Assembly (NCBI GenBank): GCA_042569985.1
Contig: JBHPHB010000003.1
Span: 1-57,491 of the forward strand
From: Spirochaetota bacterium
GTDB lineage: Bacteria > Spirochaetota > UBA4802 > UBA5550
Reading direction: 5' to 3'
Length of the DNA: 57,491 nucleotides
In this document: piece after piece, positions 1-9,337 of the stretch
How positions within the stretch are numbered: position 1 is the stretch's first letter
Layout of the letters: the number at the start of each line of letters is the position of its first letter
Translations under genes and position numbers: made by a program
The notes under the pieces: generated by a model
The model's database searches: none
What the model was told of the DNA's origin: nothing
What the model saw: the letters and a program-made list of their open reading frames with translations, nothing else

Positions 1-339
1 TTCATGACCCGATAGAAAATTTATGCAATTTTCCAAAATGCCGTTTACATCCATCATTTCAGGCTTCATCTCCGGAAGCCTGGCAAACTTCGTAAACTCA
101 TCCAGTATATTTTTTAAAACCTCCACTTCCTCAATAATAGTCTCTGTACCGGATAGTATAATTTTTTCCAAATCCGGGTGTTTCTCAGAATACCTTCTCC
201 TTATCCTATCCGCGGAAAGCCTGATGGGGGTAAGGGGATTTTTAATTTCATGTACAAGGCGTTTTGCCATTTCCCTCCATGCCTCTAATTTTTGTTTTTG
301 GTACATGACCTTTCTGTTATTATCCAGTTCAATTATCAT
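1..339 (-). CDS. Sensor histidine kinase fragment, DHp/HisKA domain (NtrY/NtrB type); runs off the window at position 1
   Basis: Absent from the ORF track because it has no stop in the window. The reverse-complement of 339..1 translates as MIIELDNNRKVMYQKQKLEAWREMAKRLVHEIKNPLTPIRLSADRIRRRYSEKHPDLEKIILSGTETIIEEVEVLKNILDEFTKFARLPEMKPEMMDVNGILENCINFLSGHE. It has an H-box HEIKNPLTPI, with the phospho-His codon at 250-252. An in-frame TGA at 394-396 closes the frame upstream. Confidence 0.75.
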   Translation of the reverse strand, partial: MIIELDNNRKVMYQKQKLEAWREMAKRLVHEIKNPLTPIRLSADRIRRRYSEKHPDLEKIILSGTETIIEEVEVLKNILDEFTKFARLPEMKPEMMDVNGILENCINFLSGHE

Positions 340-666
340 TTGATTCAGAATTCTATTGAAGCATGCAGTGAAAAGGGTGAAATAACTGTTATTTCAGAGT
401 TGATTTCACCGGATTTTGATGGCCTTGTTAAAATAAGAATAATTGATAATGGTGTTGGGATCAGGGATGAAGACCTGGATAAGATATTTGAACCTGGTTT
501 TTCAAAAAAAAGGGGGGGCACCGGCCTGGGTTTAGCAATTGTTGAAAAAATTATGATTGAACACGGTGGCAAATTGTATTGTAATCCCCATATGAAAGTT
601 GGTTCTGAATTTATTATTGAACTGCCCGTTAAAAATAATCCCCATGTGGAGAAGTTTGATGGCTAA
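292..666 (+). CDS. Histidine kinase catalytic (HATPase_c) domain only; no DHp domain on this strand
   Basis: N-box LIQNSIEA (from about 340), G1 box IIDNGVGI and G2 box KKRGGTGLGLAIV are present. The frame is closed upstream by TAA at 286-288. Its stop overlaps the response-regulator start (ATGGCTAA, 659-666). Confidence 0.75.
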   Translation: MFLVHDLSVIIQFNYHLIQNSIEACSEKGEITVISELISPDFDGLVKIRIIDNGVGIRDEDLDKIFEPGFSKKRGGTGLGLAIVEKIMIEHGGKLYCNPHMKVGSEFIIELPVKNNPHVEKFDG

Positions 667-2014
667 GATCCTTATTGTTGATGATGAAGTAAATATAATT
701 AAGACAATCAGTTCAATCCTGCAGGATGAGAACCATACTGTATTTTCAAGTGAAACGGGAAATGATGCCATTGATTTCTTGAAGAATGACAGTGTGGACC
801 TTGTAATCCTGGATGTATGGCTTCCCGACAAAGATGGTATTGAGGTGCTTAAAGAAATTAAGAAGATGAATTCTGATCCTGCCGTTATAATGATTTCCGG
901 CCATGGTTCAATTGATATAGCCGTTAAGTCTACTAAAATTGGAGCATATGATTTTATTTCGAAACCCCCTTCCTTGGAAAGGGTAGTTACTTCGGTTAAC
1001 AATGCCCTTGAACAGGTACGGTTGAAAAAGGAAAACATAAAACTGAGGGAAGGGTTTATAATTGAAGATGAAATGGTGGGCACATCAAGAAGTATTGCTG
1101 AAATATTTGAAGTAATTAAAACTGCGGCTCAAACTAATGCGAGGGTTTTTATTACCGGGGAGAGCGGGACCGGTAAAGAACTCATAGCAAGGGCAATTTA
1201 TCTCAGGTCAAAACGTTCGGATAAGCCCTTTATCAAAGTCAACTGTGCCGCAATACCTGATGATTTAATTGAGAGTGAACTCTTCGGTCATGAAAAGGGC
1301 GCTTTCACAGGTGCCATTGCCCAGAGGAAGGGTAAATTTGAGGTTGCAGACGGAGGGACGATTTTTCTGGATGAAGTTTGTGATATGAGTCTTTCTGCCC
1401 AGACTAAAGTATTGAGGGTTCTCCAGGAAAATCAATTTGAGCGTGTTGGTGGTAATCAGTTAATTAATATTGACGTAAGGGTAATTTCCGCAACTAATAT
1501 TGATGTGATGAAAGCAATTGAAGAGGGTAAATTCAGGGAGGATTTATTCTACCGGCTCAATGTAATCCCCATTCACGCTTCCACACTTTCAGTTCGGAAA
1601 GATGATATCCCTTTACTGGTTGATTACTTTTTGAAGAAGTTTTCCAAAGAGCATGGTATTGGTTTGAAAGAGATATCAAAAAAAGGAATGAAGTTTTTGA
1701 TAAATTATCAATGGCCGGGAAACATAAGGGAATTAAAGAATATTATTGAAAGAATCCTCATTATGATTCCCAAGGAAGTTATCGATTTAGATGATATTAA
1801 GAAGCATCTTTCTTCAGACGATCTTGATGATCTGGCTAATGGGAAAACATCAACTCTTAAAAAAGTAAGGCAGGATTTCGAAAAGAAATATATAGTCAAA
1901 ACTTTGAAGGAGAACAATAAAAATATTACCAATACCGCAAAGGCACTGGGTATTGAAAGGACTAATCTTCACAGGAAAATCAATCTCTATAACATCAATA
2001 TTGATAATATATAA
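659..2014 (+). CDS. Sigma-54-dependent response regulator (REC + AAA+ + Fis-type HTH; NtrC/NtrX/AtoC family)
   Basis: REC domain (MAKILIVDDE, DLVILDVWLPDKDG, KP). AAA+ domain with Walker A GESGTGKE, the GAFTGA sigma-54 contact loop and Walker B IFLDEV. C-terminal HTH (NITNTAKALGIERTNLHRKI). The likely start is ATG 659, not the TTG at 599 in the track. Confidence 0.92.
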   Translation: MAKILIVDDEVNIIKTISSILQDENHTVFSSETGNDAIDFLKNDSVDLVILDVWLPDKDGIEVLKEIKKMNSDPAVIMISGHGSIDIAVKSTKIGAYDFISKPPSLERVVTSVNNALEQVRLKKENIKLREGFIIEDEMVGTSRSIAEIFEVIKTAAQTNARVFITGESGTGKELIARAIYLRSKRSDKPFIKVNCAAIPDDLIESELFGHEKGAFTGAIAQRKGKFEVADGGTIFLDEVCDMSLSAQTKVLRVLQENQFERVGGNQLINIDVRVISATNIDVMKAIEEGKFREDLFYRLNVIPIHASTLSVRKDDIPLLVDYFLKKFSKEHGIGLKEISKKGMKFLINYQWPGNIRELKNIIERILIMIPKEVIDLDDIKKHLSSDDLDDLANGKTSTLKKVRQDFEKKYIVKTLKENNKNITNTAKALGIERTNLHRKINLYNINIDNI

Positions 2015-2029
2015 ACCGGGTTATAAGTC

Positions 2030-2698
2030 ATGGGCGGAAATGGAATGGAATCAACATTAAGTGAAGTGAGGGACCTTTTCGGGAAAAAGGGCAAGAGGAA
2101 TAAATACCTGCTTTACAGGAATTATGATGAACTTCAATATCTCAATGAATGGATAAATAAACCTGCCAATAATGATGTTGTCCATATAACCATGGATTCA
2201 TTTGTTGAGACGATAAAAAATTGCGGTAAATGCAATGACGTATCTGATAAAAAGATAGGTTACGGAAGCGGTTTAAACGGTATAATGATTCTGTTAAATT
2301 CACCGAGATTAATTAACAAGTTTGAAAAGGACATGTTGAAAAGTGATTCAATAAAACTTATGAAAAAAATAATATCATCGATTAATCTCAAGTTTGATGA
2401 ATGCTATATTACTAATCTCATTAAGTGTGATTATTCGGAAGTGCTGGAAAAACCCAGTCAGATTCTTGAAAACTGCAGGGACTTCCTAAAAGATGAAATT
2501 GAAATAATGGATCCCCGCATCATACTGGTAATGGGAGAGATGATGCCTGTCCAGAAGTTAGTCTATGAAAAGGATGGTATATCATGGTTTCAAATTGAGC
2601 ACCCCATTACTTTAATTAATAATCCCGATTTAAAGAGGCCTGCCTGGAACACTCTAAAGCTTTTAACTGAAAAAATAAAAGAGTATAATAATTCCTAA
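2030..2698 (+). CDS. Uracil-DNA glycosylase superfamily (family-4-like) protein with a divergent active-site loop
   Basis: CGKCN... GYGSGLNGIMILLNSP aligns to GEGPxxAxxMxVGEAPG, and HPITLINNP aligns to the HPSxLLRNP motif B. Cysteines are spaced as in Fe-S UDGs. Confidence 0.5.
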   Translation: MGGNGMESTLSEVRDLFGKKGKRNKYLLYRNYDELQYLNEWINKPANNDVVHITMDSFVETIKNCGKCNDVSDKKIGYGSGLNGIMILLNSPRLINKFEKDMLKSDSIKLMKKIISSINLKFDECYITNLIKCDYSEVLEKPSQILENCRDFLKDEIEIMDPRIILVMGEMMPVQKLVYEKDGISWFQIEHPITLINNPDLKRPAWNTLKLLTEKIKEYNNS

Positions 2699-2710
2699 AA
2701 TAATAATATT

Positions 2711-4669
2711 ATGTTTGCTGATGTTTATATTGGATATCCACTGGAAACAAGGTTTACCTATAAGATCCCCCCGGATATGCAGGTTGTTCCAGGCATAAGG
2801 GTTAAGGTCGATTTTGCCAACAGGAAAAAAACCGCCTTTGTAGTTAAGGTCCATGGTGATGAGCCTAAAGACTTCAAAACAAAGGATATACTGGAAGTAA
2901 TTGATGATGAAGTGATTTTTGATGACAGGCTTGTTGAGCTTTCGGAATTTATCGCTTCCAGTTACCTCGCTACTGCCGGGGAGGCGCTTTCCATGGCGCT
3001 GCCTTCGGGGCTAAAGCCCTCACAGAGATATAAGATACCATTTGAAAGAAAAAAGACTGGTGAGCTGTTCTTTTCCGGGGAGCAGGAACTTGTATATAAC
3101 AGCATAATGGAATCCTTAGGGAATGACGAACTCTTTCATTTAATTCACGGAATTACGGGAAGCGGGAAAACAGAAATATATATTGAAGCGGCAAAGTATT
3201 TTATAAAAAACAACAAGTCAGTAATTTACCTTGTTCCGGAAATATCAATCTCTTCCCAGATATTTGAAAGGCTTTACAATGTCTTTGGAGATGAACTCAT
3301 CATATATCATAGCCACCTGACACCAAACCAGAGGCTTAATAACTGGATGAGGTTTTATAAGGGTGATTCAAAAATAGCTATTGGCACCAGGTCAGCCGCT
3401 TTTCTCCAGGCCCCGGACCTTGGCCTGATAATCATTGATGAGGAGAATGACGGTTCCTACAAGGAGCACAGCACTCCCCGATATAATGCAAGAAGGGTTG
3501 CGTTCTACAGAAGCAAAAAGGAAAAGGCCCTGTTAATTATGGGATCGGCAACCCCTTCTGTGGAAACATTATATGCTGCCGAAAAGGGGATAATTAAGCT
3601 CCACCAATTAAAAACCAGGTACGGTAACGCTAAATTACCGGAGATTGAGATTGTTAAGATTAATCCGAGTAAAAAGTCCAATATCATATCATCAATGCTG
3701 AAGCTCAATACAAAACGGGCAATTGAAAAGGGTAGCCAGGCAATATATTTGCTTAACAGGAGAGGCTTTTCCCCCTTTGTCATCTGTAATTCATGCGGGA
3801 AGGCTGTGGAATGCCCGCACTGTAATATAAGCATGAATTTTCATAAAGAAGGTGATGTTATCTGTCATTATTGCGGATTAAAGCAGAGGTTACCGGAGAC
3901 ATGCAGCGGATGCGGATCGGATGATTTAAACAAGATTGGCACAGGTACCCAGAGAGTTGAAAATATAATCCACGATGAATTTGAAGATTTCAGGATAATG
4001 CGCTTAGACCAGGACAGTTCACGGAAAAAGGGCGCTGTCTTTGAAATCATTGAAAAGATGGAATCCGGTGAGGTTGATATTCTTCTGGGGACCCAGATGG
4101 TTGCAAAGGGGTTTGATTTTCCAAATGTAACAGTGGTAGGGGTAATTCTTGCTGACATCGGATTGAACATGCCCGATTTCAGATCGTCCGAAAGGATATT
4201 CTCACTTTTGCTCCAGGTAGCCGGCAGGTGCGGAAGGGGAGACTTGCCGGGCAGGGTTATTTTACAGACGGTTAACAGGGACCACTATATTTATGATTTT
4301 CTTATTAACCATGATTATTATGGATTTTATAAACATGAGCTGGAAATTAGAAAGATGCTGGACTATCCCCCTTTTACCCGGATTGCCCGCCTCCTTGTGA
4401 GGGGAAAAGACGAGGGTACGGTAAAGGAATCCATAGAAAAGCTGAATCATTCAATTATAAAGAATAAAAAAAAGTTTGGTTCGGATATTGTCGTATTGGG
4501 TCCCTCACAGGCACCCCTGGCGAAGATTGCCGGGAGTTACAGGCATCATATTCTTCTAAAATCCAGAGACCTTGATATCATTAAGGAGGTTATTACATCA
4601 TCAAGAAAGGCCGTTGTATCAAATGATGTCTATCTTGAGATTGATATTGACCCATATGATATAATGTGA
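2711..4669 (+). CDS. priA: Primosomal protein N' (replication restart helicase PriA)
   Basis: Walker A GITGSGKTE, DEEND box and the Cys-rich zinc region CNSCGKAVECPHCNISMNFH...CHYCG...CSGCGS. Length is 652 aa. Confidence 0.93.
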   Translation: MFADVYIGYPLETRFTYKIPPDMQVVPGIRVKVDFANRKKTAFVVKVHGDEPKDFKTKDILEVIDDEVIFDDRLVELSEFIASSYLATAGEALSMALPSGLKPSQRYKIPFERKKTGELFFSGEQELVYNSIMESLGNDELFHLIHGITGSGKTEIYIEAAKYFIKNNKSVIYLVPEISISSQIFERLYNVFGDELIIYHSHLTPNQRLNNWMRFYKGDSKIAIGTRSAAFLQAPDLGLIIIDEENDGSYKEHSTPRYNARRVAFYRSKKEKALLIMGSATPSVETLYAAEKGIIKLHQLKTRYGNAKLPEIEIVKINPSKKSNIISSMLKLNTKRAIEKGSQAIYLLNRRGFSPFVICNSCGKAVECPHCNISMNFHKEGDVICHYCGLKQRLPETCSGCGSDDLNKIGTGTQRVENIIHDEFEDFRIMRLDQDSSRKKGAVFEIIEKMESGEVDILLGTQMVAKGFDFPNVTVVGVILADIGLNMPDFRSSERIFSLLLQVAGRCGRGDLPGRVILQTVNRDHYIYDFLINHDYYGFYKHELEIRKMLDYPPFTRIARLLVRGKDEGTVKESIEKLNHSIIKNKKKFGSDIVVLGPSQAPLAKIAGSYRHHILLKSRDLDIIKEVITSSRKAVVSNDVYLEIDIDPYDIM

Positions 4670-4680
4670 AAAGTATAGTG

Positions 4681-5349
4681 CTACTTTGAGTTGTCTTTCG
4701 GCTGGCCGTAAATGGACTGTATTTTCTTTATATCGGAATAAGATAGATAATCCCGTTGACCTATATTGCTGTCTTCACTGCAGCCGCCCGATTTAGGCTG
4801 GATTGTTTTTTCTCCGTCATTGCTGAAACTCATTGTGTTATAATGCATTATTGAATTACAGTCATACTTATAGTCTTCTTCACTTATTAAGGGATTATCA
4901 ATGATTTTAAAATTATGCTCAAAGGAATTTTGGATATGTTTCCAATTAATTTTTATATATTTATCCCTGTCGGGCCTTTGATGTTCATGGGTTAAGCCCA
5001 GGCAATGGCCAAGCTCATGCAGCAGGTGGCCCAGCTTGTTAGTGTCTTCCCCGAAGTACATGTATTTATAGGTATTATTCTCACCGATGCTTGATGCCCA
5101 GGACCTGGTATTATTAATTCGAATTATTTCGTAGGCACCTTCATCCGCCGTTACTTCAATGAAACGGACATCGGCAGCGGATTCCCATGTCTCCATTGCT
5201 TCATAGAGGACTTCCCGGTCTTCATCGGAAAAATCTCCCGTTAGATAAAAGGGGACTTTGCCGTTGTTCCATTGGGAAATATTGTCATCATAGCTGCAGG
5301 CAGTTATGATGACGGAAAAGGAAATTATAAGAATTAATACTTTTTTCAT
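4681..5349 (-). CDS. Astacin-family (M12A) zinc metalloprotease, lipoprotein
   Basis: HELGHCLGLTHEHQRPDRD matches the astacin signature HExxHxxGxxHExxRxDRD. The Met-turn SIMHY is present. The signal/lipobox is MKKVLILIISFSVIITAC. Start is taken at ATG 5349 (the track ORF extends to 5400). Confidence 0.85.
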   Translation of the reverse strand: MKKVLILIISFSVIITACSYDDNISQWNNGKVPFYLTGDFSDEDREVLYEAMETWESAADVRFIEVTADEGAYEIIRINNTRSWASSIGENNTYKYMYFGEDTNKLGHLLHELGHCLGLTHEHQRPDRDKYIKINWKHIQNSFEHNFKIIDNPLISEEDYKYDCNSIMHYNTMSFSNDGEKTIQPKSGGCSEDSNIGQRDYLSYSDIKKIQSIYGQPKDNSK

Positions 5350-5485
5350 TATAGAATATTCAAGTGCCAATTGTTTTAAAATAATGTAGTAAATATACAA
5401 GATTTTTTATACAACGTCAAGGGGATAGTTGTATTTAAGAATATTAATTTATTTATATACTGATCTTTATGCGGGATAAGTCATA

Positions 5486-6718
5486 TTATTTTTTTAATGC
5501 TGCCAGTTCCCTTTTTATTATTACATTAAGTATTTCTTTTGGATATCCGCCAACAAGTTTTCTTCCTCCGATAAATAATGTTGGTGTAGCCTTGACTTTA
5601 AGATTATCACCGGCTAATATGTGGCTTTTAATAATACCCTGGATTTCCTGTGAATTTAAAGTTTCAATGAATTTATTTAAATCAACCATTAATTTCTTTG
5701 ATGACGCAAGTTTGTTGAAGTTTTTGTGGGCATGACTTTTGTCATATTGGCCATTATATGAATTGTAATTCTTAAAATGGACCATGAGATATTCCTTAAA
5801 GATGCCCAGGTTTGCCGAAGAGGTGAGTGCCTTTTGTGAAATACATGACGAACTGTTTTTTATATCGCTGTAGCAAGAGTCATCGAGGGGGAGGTTGTAA
5901 AATGTGATTTTTACCTTGTCCTTAAATTTTGAAAGGATATATTTTTCGGTTTTGTAAAAGTCATAACAGGCACTGCATAAAAAGTCGATGAAAACTATTA
6001 TGTTCAATTTGGCTTTTGGATTTCCCAATGTCATTTTGCTTTTCGGGAGGTTGAGTTTCACCGCTTTTTTTGAATATAATTCTTCAATGAAGTGTTTTAT
6101 CTCAGATTCCGGGGTTACTTCACCCTGGGCTTTTAGTCCCAGGTTATATGATGTTGACAATACGGAAAAGAGTAAAAAGAAAATAAATAATAAAAATGAC
6201 GCAAAGGCTGCCTTTTTATTTGAGCTGCTGTCTTTGAGGCTGAGAAAACCTTTATAAATATCCTTTAGCAATATATTTTCCTTTCGTATGCTTTTAAGCC
6301 ACAGGAGCATTATTATGAGGACAGCCAGGTTTACCATGTATGTGGAAAAACAGAGGTGGCAGAAAGCATTTATTTTAATAAGAATCCCCGCAAGGAAGAG
6401 ATTTATAATTATTGAAGCAATTGATAAGGGGAAAATTATTGCCATTATACCATTATTGTAGGCGCCTTCTGCGTAATCGGCTACCAGTATGAGAAAAATA
6501 ATTAAAAGGTAAAAGAACAGGCCAAATGCGGCAAGGGGTATTCCGAAAACTATTGAGTAGTCTGAATGGCTAACTGCTGTACAGGGGTTAACTATTTTGT
6601 CACCGCATGCCATTACTCCAAGCTTTGATGCGGGAAAATAATGCTGCACCAGTATCAGGCAGGATATAATGGCTCCGACAAATGAGAGTATCAGAATTGG
6701 ATATGCATATTTTTTCAT
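5486..6718 (-). CDS. VKOR (vitamin K epoxide reductase)-like membrane domain fused to a DsbA/thioredoxin-like domain
   Basis: The N-terminal half is multi-TM, with the loop Cys pair MACGDKIVNPC and an in-membrane CHLC motif. The C-terminal half is a thioredoxin fold with FLCSAC (CxxC) and TPTLFIGG. Confidence 0.7.
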   Translation of the reverse strand: MKKYAYPILILSFVGAIISCLILVQHYFPASKLGVMACGDKIVNPCTAVSHSDYSIVFGIPLAAFGLFFYLLIIFLILVADYAEGAYNNGIMAIIFPLSIASIIINLFLAGILIKINAFCHLCFSTYMVNLAVLIIMLLWLKSIRKENILLKDIYKGFLSLKDSSSNKKAAFASFLLFIFFLLFSVLSTSYNLGLKAQGEVTPESEIKHFIEELYSKKAVKLNLPKSKMTLGNPKAKLNIIVFIDFLCSACYDFYKTEKYILSKFKDKVKITFYNLPLDDSCYSDIKNSSSCISQKALTSSANLGIFKEYLMVHFKNYNSYNGQYDKSHAHKNFNKLASSKKLMVDLNKFIETLNSQEIQGIIKSHILAGDNLKVKATPTLFIGGRKLVGGYPKEILNVIIKRELAALKK

Positions 6719-6722
6719 TGTA

Positions 6723-7937
6723 TTAAACCTTTATCATGGGATCAGTTAATTTTTTATGTTCGCCCAGGGCATACCTGTCGGTCATACCCGCTATATAGTC
6801 TGTGGCCGTTAGGATGAGGCCGTCTTTTTTTATCATTTTCTGATAACGGTGGGGCAGTGTGCCCGGATGTTCAGTGTATATGGAGAATAACTCACTTATA
6901 ACTTTTTCTGCCTTGATGGTCATTCTTGATACGCGGTAGTGCTGGTACAGGTTTTTGTAGAGGAACTCTTTCAATTCATTATTTGCCGAAAGTATTTCCG
7001 GGCTGAAGGCAGTAAATTTAACCTTTGCATTCTTTATGTCCTCATAGCTCTTTACTCCCTGTTTATTGATATTTCCCAGGGTGGTTTTAATTAAATCGGA
7101 AACGAGGAGGTTTATAATATTGCGTATATATTCACTTATCATGAGCTTGTTGTTTTTTGGAACAAAGTCCACAAGTGATTCACCTGCCATTTGCCAGATC
7201 TTTAAATTCTTTACGTCATCAAGGTCAAGTATTTTTGAAGATATGCCGTCATCAAGGTCATGGTTGTTATAGGCTATTTCATCGGCAAAGTCAATTATCT
7301 GTGCTTCCAGTGTGGGCTGTTCCTCGGGGTGGAAGTTATTTACATCGGGGTGGTCATAGGACGTTGTATGCTTGATTATTCCCTCCCGTGTCTCCCAGGT
7401 AAGGTTTAGCCCGTCAAAGTTATTGTACCTGTTTTCTATAACGTCAACTACACGCAGGCTCTGCCTGTTGTGCTCAAATCCGCCATGGTCCTTTAAAAGC
7501 AGGTTAAGCTCTTTTTCGCCGGCATGGCCAAAGGGCGTATGGCCAAGGTCGTGGGCCAGGGCAATGCTTTCAGAAAGGTCCTCGTTTAGCCGGAGGGCCC
7601 TGGCAATGGTCCTGGCAATCTGGGCCACCTCAATAGTATGTGTGAGCCTTGTCCTGTAATGGTCTCCCTCGTGGTTTATAAAAACCTGTGTTTTATATTC
7701 CAGCCTCCTGAATGCCCTTGAATGGATAATCCTCTCCCTGTCCCGCTGGTATTCGGTCCTGTAGGGATGGTGTTTCTCTTTATGCTCTCTGCCTCTAGAG
7801 TTTTCGGAGCATGCCGCATAGGGGGCAAGTAATTCCCTTTCAGCTTTATTTAAATATTTCAGGTCATTTTTTTCCATAAGGTTACTTTTTAAGTTTATGT
7901 ATTTGCTGTTTTTATTGTCAAGCGGGAAAATATCCAA
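6723..7937 (-). CDS. dGTPase-like HD-domain deoxynucleoside triphosphate triphosphohydrolase
   Basis: RTRLTHTIEVAQIARTIA and AHDLGHTPFGHAGE (HD motif), plus a C-terminal GMTDRYA. An alternative start is ATG 7877. Confidence 0.88.
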   Translation of the reverse strand: MDIFPLDNKNSKYINLKSNLMEKNDLKYLNKAERELLAPYAACSENSRGREHKEKHHPYRTEYQRDRERIIHSRAFRRLEYKTQVFINHEGDHYRTRLTHTIEVAQIARTIARALRLNEDLSESIALAHDLGHTPFGHAGEKELNLLLKDHGGFEHNRQSLRVVDVIENRYNNFDGLNLTWETREGIIKHTTSYDHPDVNNFHPEEQPTLEAQIIDFADEIAYNNHDLDDGISSKILDLDDVKNLKIWQMAGESLVDFVPKNNKLMISEYIRNIINLLVSDLIKTTLGNINKQGVKSYEDIKNAKVKFTAFSPEILSANNELKEFLYKNLYQHYRVSRMTIKAEKVISELFSIYTEHPGTLPHRYQKMIKKDGLILTATDYIAGMTDRYALGEHKKLTDPMIKV

Positions 7938-8028
7938 TGGTGATAAATTGACTGGTGAAAGAAAAGAAGGCTTTTATGGATGATAAAGATTAGCTGGAAA
8001 ATTTTATTAAAGGCAGAATTAAAATTAA

Positions 8029-9270
8029 TTACCTGCCCACCTTTACATGAGTTTGATATTGGTACGTGTTATTACTGTCATGTTCTGTGAATATAACGAA
8101 AATCTTCGAATCATATGATAATGTATGGAATTTTTCTATATCCTGATCCTGGCTTATATTAAGGCCATATGATTCACCGCCATCAATGAATTCCCATTCT
8201 TCATCATATCCCCTGTAAACCCTGGCCCTTAACTGGTTATAGCTATTGTATTGTTCAAGCCACATTGCATAGAGCCTGTTGTTTACCACTGATATTTGCG
8301 GTTCAGTAACGGGATTTCCATCATAAGAATATCTGATACCCTGGACGCTGGATTCTGATATTATATAGTTGTATATATCACTTACATGGACACCATATAT
8401 GCCGGAATTTGGATTCCATTCACTCCATGCCGTATAAACCTCACTGCCATAGTTTACGATTGAAGGGTTGTACGCATTTCCCCCGCTACCGGGGTTGTAG
8501 TTAAGATTATCGGTAACCTCATGCCATCCATTATGGTCATAGCGTCTCACCTTAACACGATCTTCACTGCCATTAAATTCAAGAAAGGCAATATAAATTC
8601 CGTAATCAGTTGGAAAAAGTGTTGGGCTGTGAACTGCAAAACCGGTTTCGTCAATTCCCAGTGGTGAACTATTGTCAGCAGTTAACCACCCTCCTCCTCC
8701 ATCATATTTTTTCATTCTTATCGTACTGCCTTCCTGCCAGGATATGTACAGGTCATTTTCCCATACGGCCAGGTTAACATTTGAAAGTGGACTGCTATCA
8801 TGGAAATTTTCACCCACTTGTTCCCAAATGCCATCCTTATTATACCTTACAACATATATACTTGATGAACCATTTCCTATGTAGGCAAAATAGATTTCCC
8901 CGTTGTAGGATATAACAGCCACTTCACTGGGATTTGAAATCATTCCCGAATTGCCGTAATCTGTCATATCTTCCCAGTAAGGATTATTATAATCACCGTT
9001 AAATCTTTTCATGTATATATACATATTGCCTTCAATCCACACTGCATAGAGGCTTCCATTATTAACACATAGTTTCGGGGATTGTGATTCCAATCCCTGG
9101 TTAATATTCAATGTCCCGCCTGGCTCATATATATCAAGCCTTTGCCATTTGACATCACGGGTCCCGCCGCCAGAACCTATCCAGTCTGAAAACATTGTAC
9201 CGCATGACATAAGCCAGAGAGATGCAAGTAAAATTATAATGGTCGATTTTAATAATCTTTTAGGGGCCAT
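8029..9270 (-). CDS. Lipoprotein built from about 7 tandem 45-50 aa beta-strand repeats (propeller-like); function unknown
   Basis: Lipobox LASLWLMSCG. A recurring motif reads LYAVWIE / IYFAYIG / LYISWQE / IYIAFLE / VYTAWSE / LYAMWLE / IFVIFTE, each followed by (V/I)xxxRY..xxW. Confidence 0.6.
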   Translation of the reverse strand: MAPKRLLKSTIIILLASLWLMSCGTMFSDWIGSGGGTRDVKWQRLDIYEPGGTLNINQGLESQSPKLCVNNGSLYAVWIEGNMYIYMKRFNGDYNNPYWEDMTDYGNSGMISNPSEVAVISYNGEIYFAYIGNGSSSIYVVRYNKDGIWEQVGENFHDSSPLSNVNLAVWENDLYISWQEGSTIRMKKYDGGGGWLTADNSSPLGIDETGFAVHSPTLFPTDYGIYIAFLEFNGSEDRVKVRRYDHNGWHEVTDNLNYNPGSGGNAYNPSIVNYGSEVYTAWSEWNPNSGIYGVHVSDIYNYIISESSVQGIRYSYDGNPVTEPQISVVNNRLYAMWLEQYNSYNQLRARVYRGYDEEWEFIDGGESYGLNISQDQDIEKFHTLSYDSKIFVIFTEHDSNNTYQYQTHVKVGR

Positions 9271-9337
9271 AAAAAATCCTCAATATCAATAATATATACT
9301 AATTTATATGGTACAGCAATAATTTTTTTTTATTAAG

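Noticed and set aside
23-343. 106-aa plus-strand ORF at the left edge
   Set aside because: It is the antisense shadow of the minus-strand HisKA/DHp coding sequence. Its product is low-complexity (S/I/F-rich) with no motifs.
508-522. A8 followed by G7 homopolymer pair inside the kinase G2 box
   Set aside because: It encodes the expected KKRGG of the G2 region in frame. It is only a potential sequencing or slippage hotspot, with no evidence of phase variation.
7066-7659. Three plus-strand ORFs (68-95 aa) inside the dGTPase gene
   Set aside because: They are antisense to a confidently identified HD-domain gene, with no motifs or SDs.
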